A stretch of DNA of 63,787 nucleotides, filler included, from Octopus bimaculoides (Eukaryota): NCBI RefSeq assembly GCF_001194135.2. It is 6 parts of 6 records of this genome, joined end to end, with 100 filler letters (N's around TTAATTAATTAA, not from the genome) between each part and the next. Parts side by side here need not be neighbours in the genome. Positions count along the whole stretch, not along the records: positions 62,620 to 63,787 come from NW_026414931.1; 5 more parts are not named here. The stretch is one strand, 5' to 3'. Below the pieces are notes generated by a model. The model ran no database searches. It saw only the letters and a program-made list of their open reading frames with translations, and was not told the DNA's origin. This document shows positions 62,903 through 63,787 of the stretch, piece after piece (position 1 is the stretch's first letter; every line of letters begins with the position of its first letter). Made by a program: the position numbers and the translations under genes.

Positions 62903-63144
62903 CTAGCGAGTTAGAGGGCTAGATATCTTTAGTGGAAAATGTGCGCTATTCCTTCTTCATAATTTCTTGCAATCTTAATACTGATTAAAATTCGATTTAA
63001 AAAAAAAACTGCTAAGTGCGTAAGTGACCACATGTGCATTAGCCCCACACACGTGTCAGGTTTCAACAAGGTCTGTTTGATAGTCTCGGAGGAGTTAAAG
63101 TAACAAATTCACAAACACACAAACTTGTCATTTATTATTATAGA
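62903..63144 (-). mobile_element. Possible Helitron-like fragment
   Basis: Minus strand starts A|TCtataataataaatgacaagtttgtgtgtttg...actcctccgag, resembling non-autonomous Helitron 5' ends. The 3' end is unclear. Confidence 0.35.
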
Positions 63145-63221
63145 TATGTAGGTTTAAAAACAATGAGACAGCAAACGAAGGCAGTCTGAAATTTCTAGTA
63201 TATTTTATAAGGACCATGGTA

Positions 63222-63269
63222 GCCTTACAGCTGTTTCAAATATATAAATAATATCTCATCATCAGAGAC
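63222..63269 (-). ncRNA. Degenerate minimal type I hammerhead ribozyme
   Basis: gucu-CUGAUGA-(weak stem II)-GAAAC-AGCU-GUA-aggc: core intact, palindromic stem III ACAGCUGU, 4-bp stem I. Confidence 0.55.
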
Positions 63270-63787
63270 GATATAAGAGAGTTAAATAGAAAGGCATGGT
63301 AGATTCAATATATGAAGATATTGTGGAAAGGGAGTGTTATAGGAAGTATAAAGGGAAATATAACAGCATATATCTTTATCGTTATTTTCATTTTTAATTT
63401 TATTATTATTCTTTTTCTTTATTTTTATATTTGCTTTCATAGTTTTATTTGCATTTATACTTACTATATTTCTCTTCTTCTAAATTAACATTTTGTATTG
63501 ATTTCTTCTATTTCCTTCTATTTATTATCTCTGATAATGGCATAACTTTTATATCTATGAAACAGGCAATCACTGTTCACAAAATATCCCAGAAATTTCA
63601 CATTGCCTTGGTTATGTTTTCTCATTTTGCTTAAACTATACACGCTCATACTCGACCCTTGTTGGACACCTCACACCTGTTATCGAAACAGGAGTCTAAC
63701 AGAAGTCTTCAGTGGCACTTGCATAGCCTTACCTGCCTTTTGTATGTTCCGGATACCAAATTTTCTCATATATATATATATATATAT

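Overview
About 64 kb of AT-rich animal nuclear DNA from a draft assembly, with roughly 6.4 kb of N gaps; five gaps carry an artificial TTAATTAATTAA linker. The very high microsatellite density and the SINE families point to a cephalopod, most likely Octopus (inference). No intact gene is present, and almost every entry in the ORF track is translated microsatellite or N. The window reads as intronic or intergenic DNA full of decayed transposons. DNA transposons: three Tc1/mariner relics, a decayed piggyBac, piggyBac/hAT/foldback MITEs and Helitron-like elements. Retroelements: three Penelope-like (RT/GIY-YIG) relics, restriction-like-endonuclease (RLE) LINE ends from three clades (Hero x2, R4/Dong x2, CRE), an RTE-type tail, and more than 25 copies of four tRNA-derived SINE families, several with clean target-site duplications (TSDs). 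The most interesting signal is RNA structure. A minimal hammerhead ribozyme with an intact core lies inside a 326-bp direct-repeat-bounded unit resembling a retrozyme or Penelope LTR (48.0-48.4 kb). A hammerhead-like motif in a rearranged, non-circularly permuted order appears in the 3' UTRs of both Hero LINE relics, and several other degenerate hammerhead cores occur. A few splice-site-bounded candidate exons (309-412, 5270-5289, 12203-12234) join in frame but cannot be assigned to a gene. All alignments and translations were done by eye.
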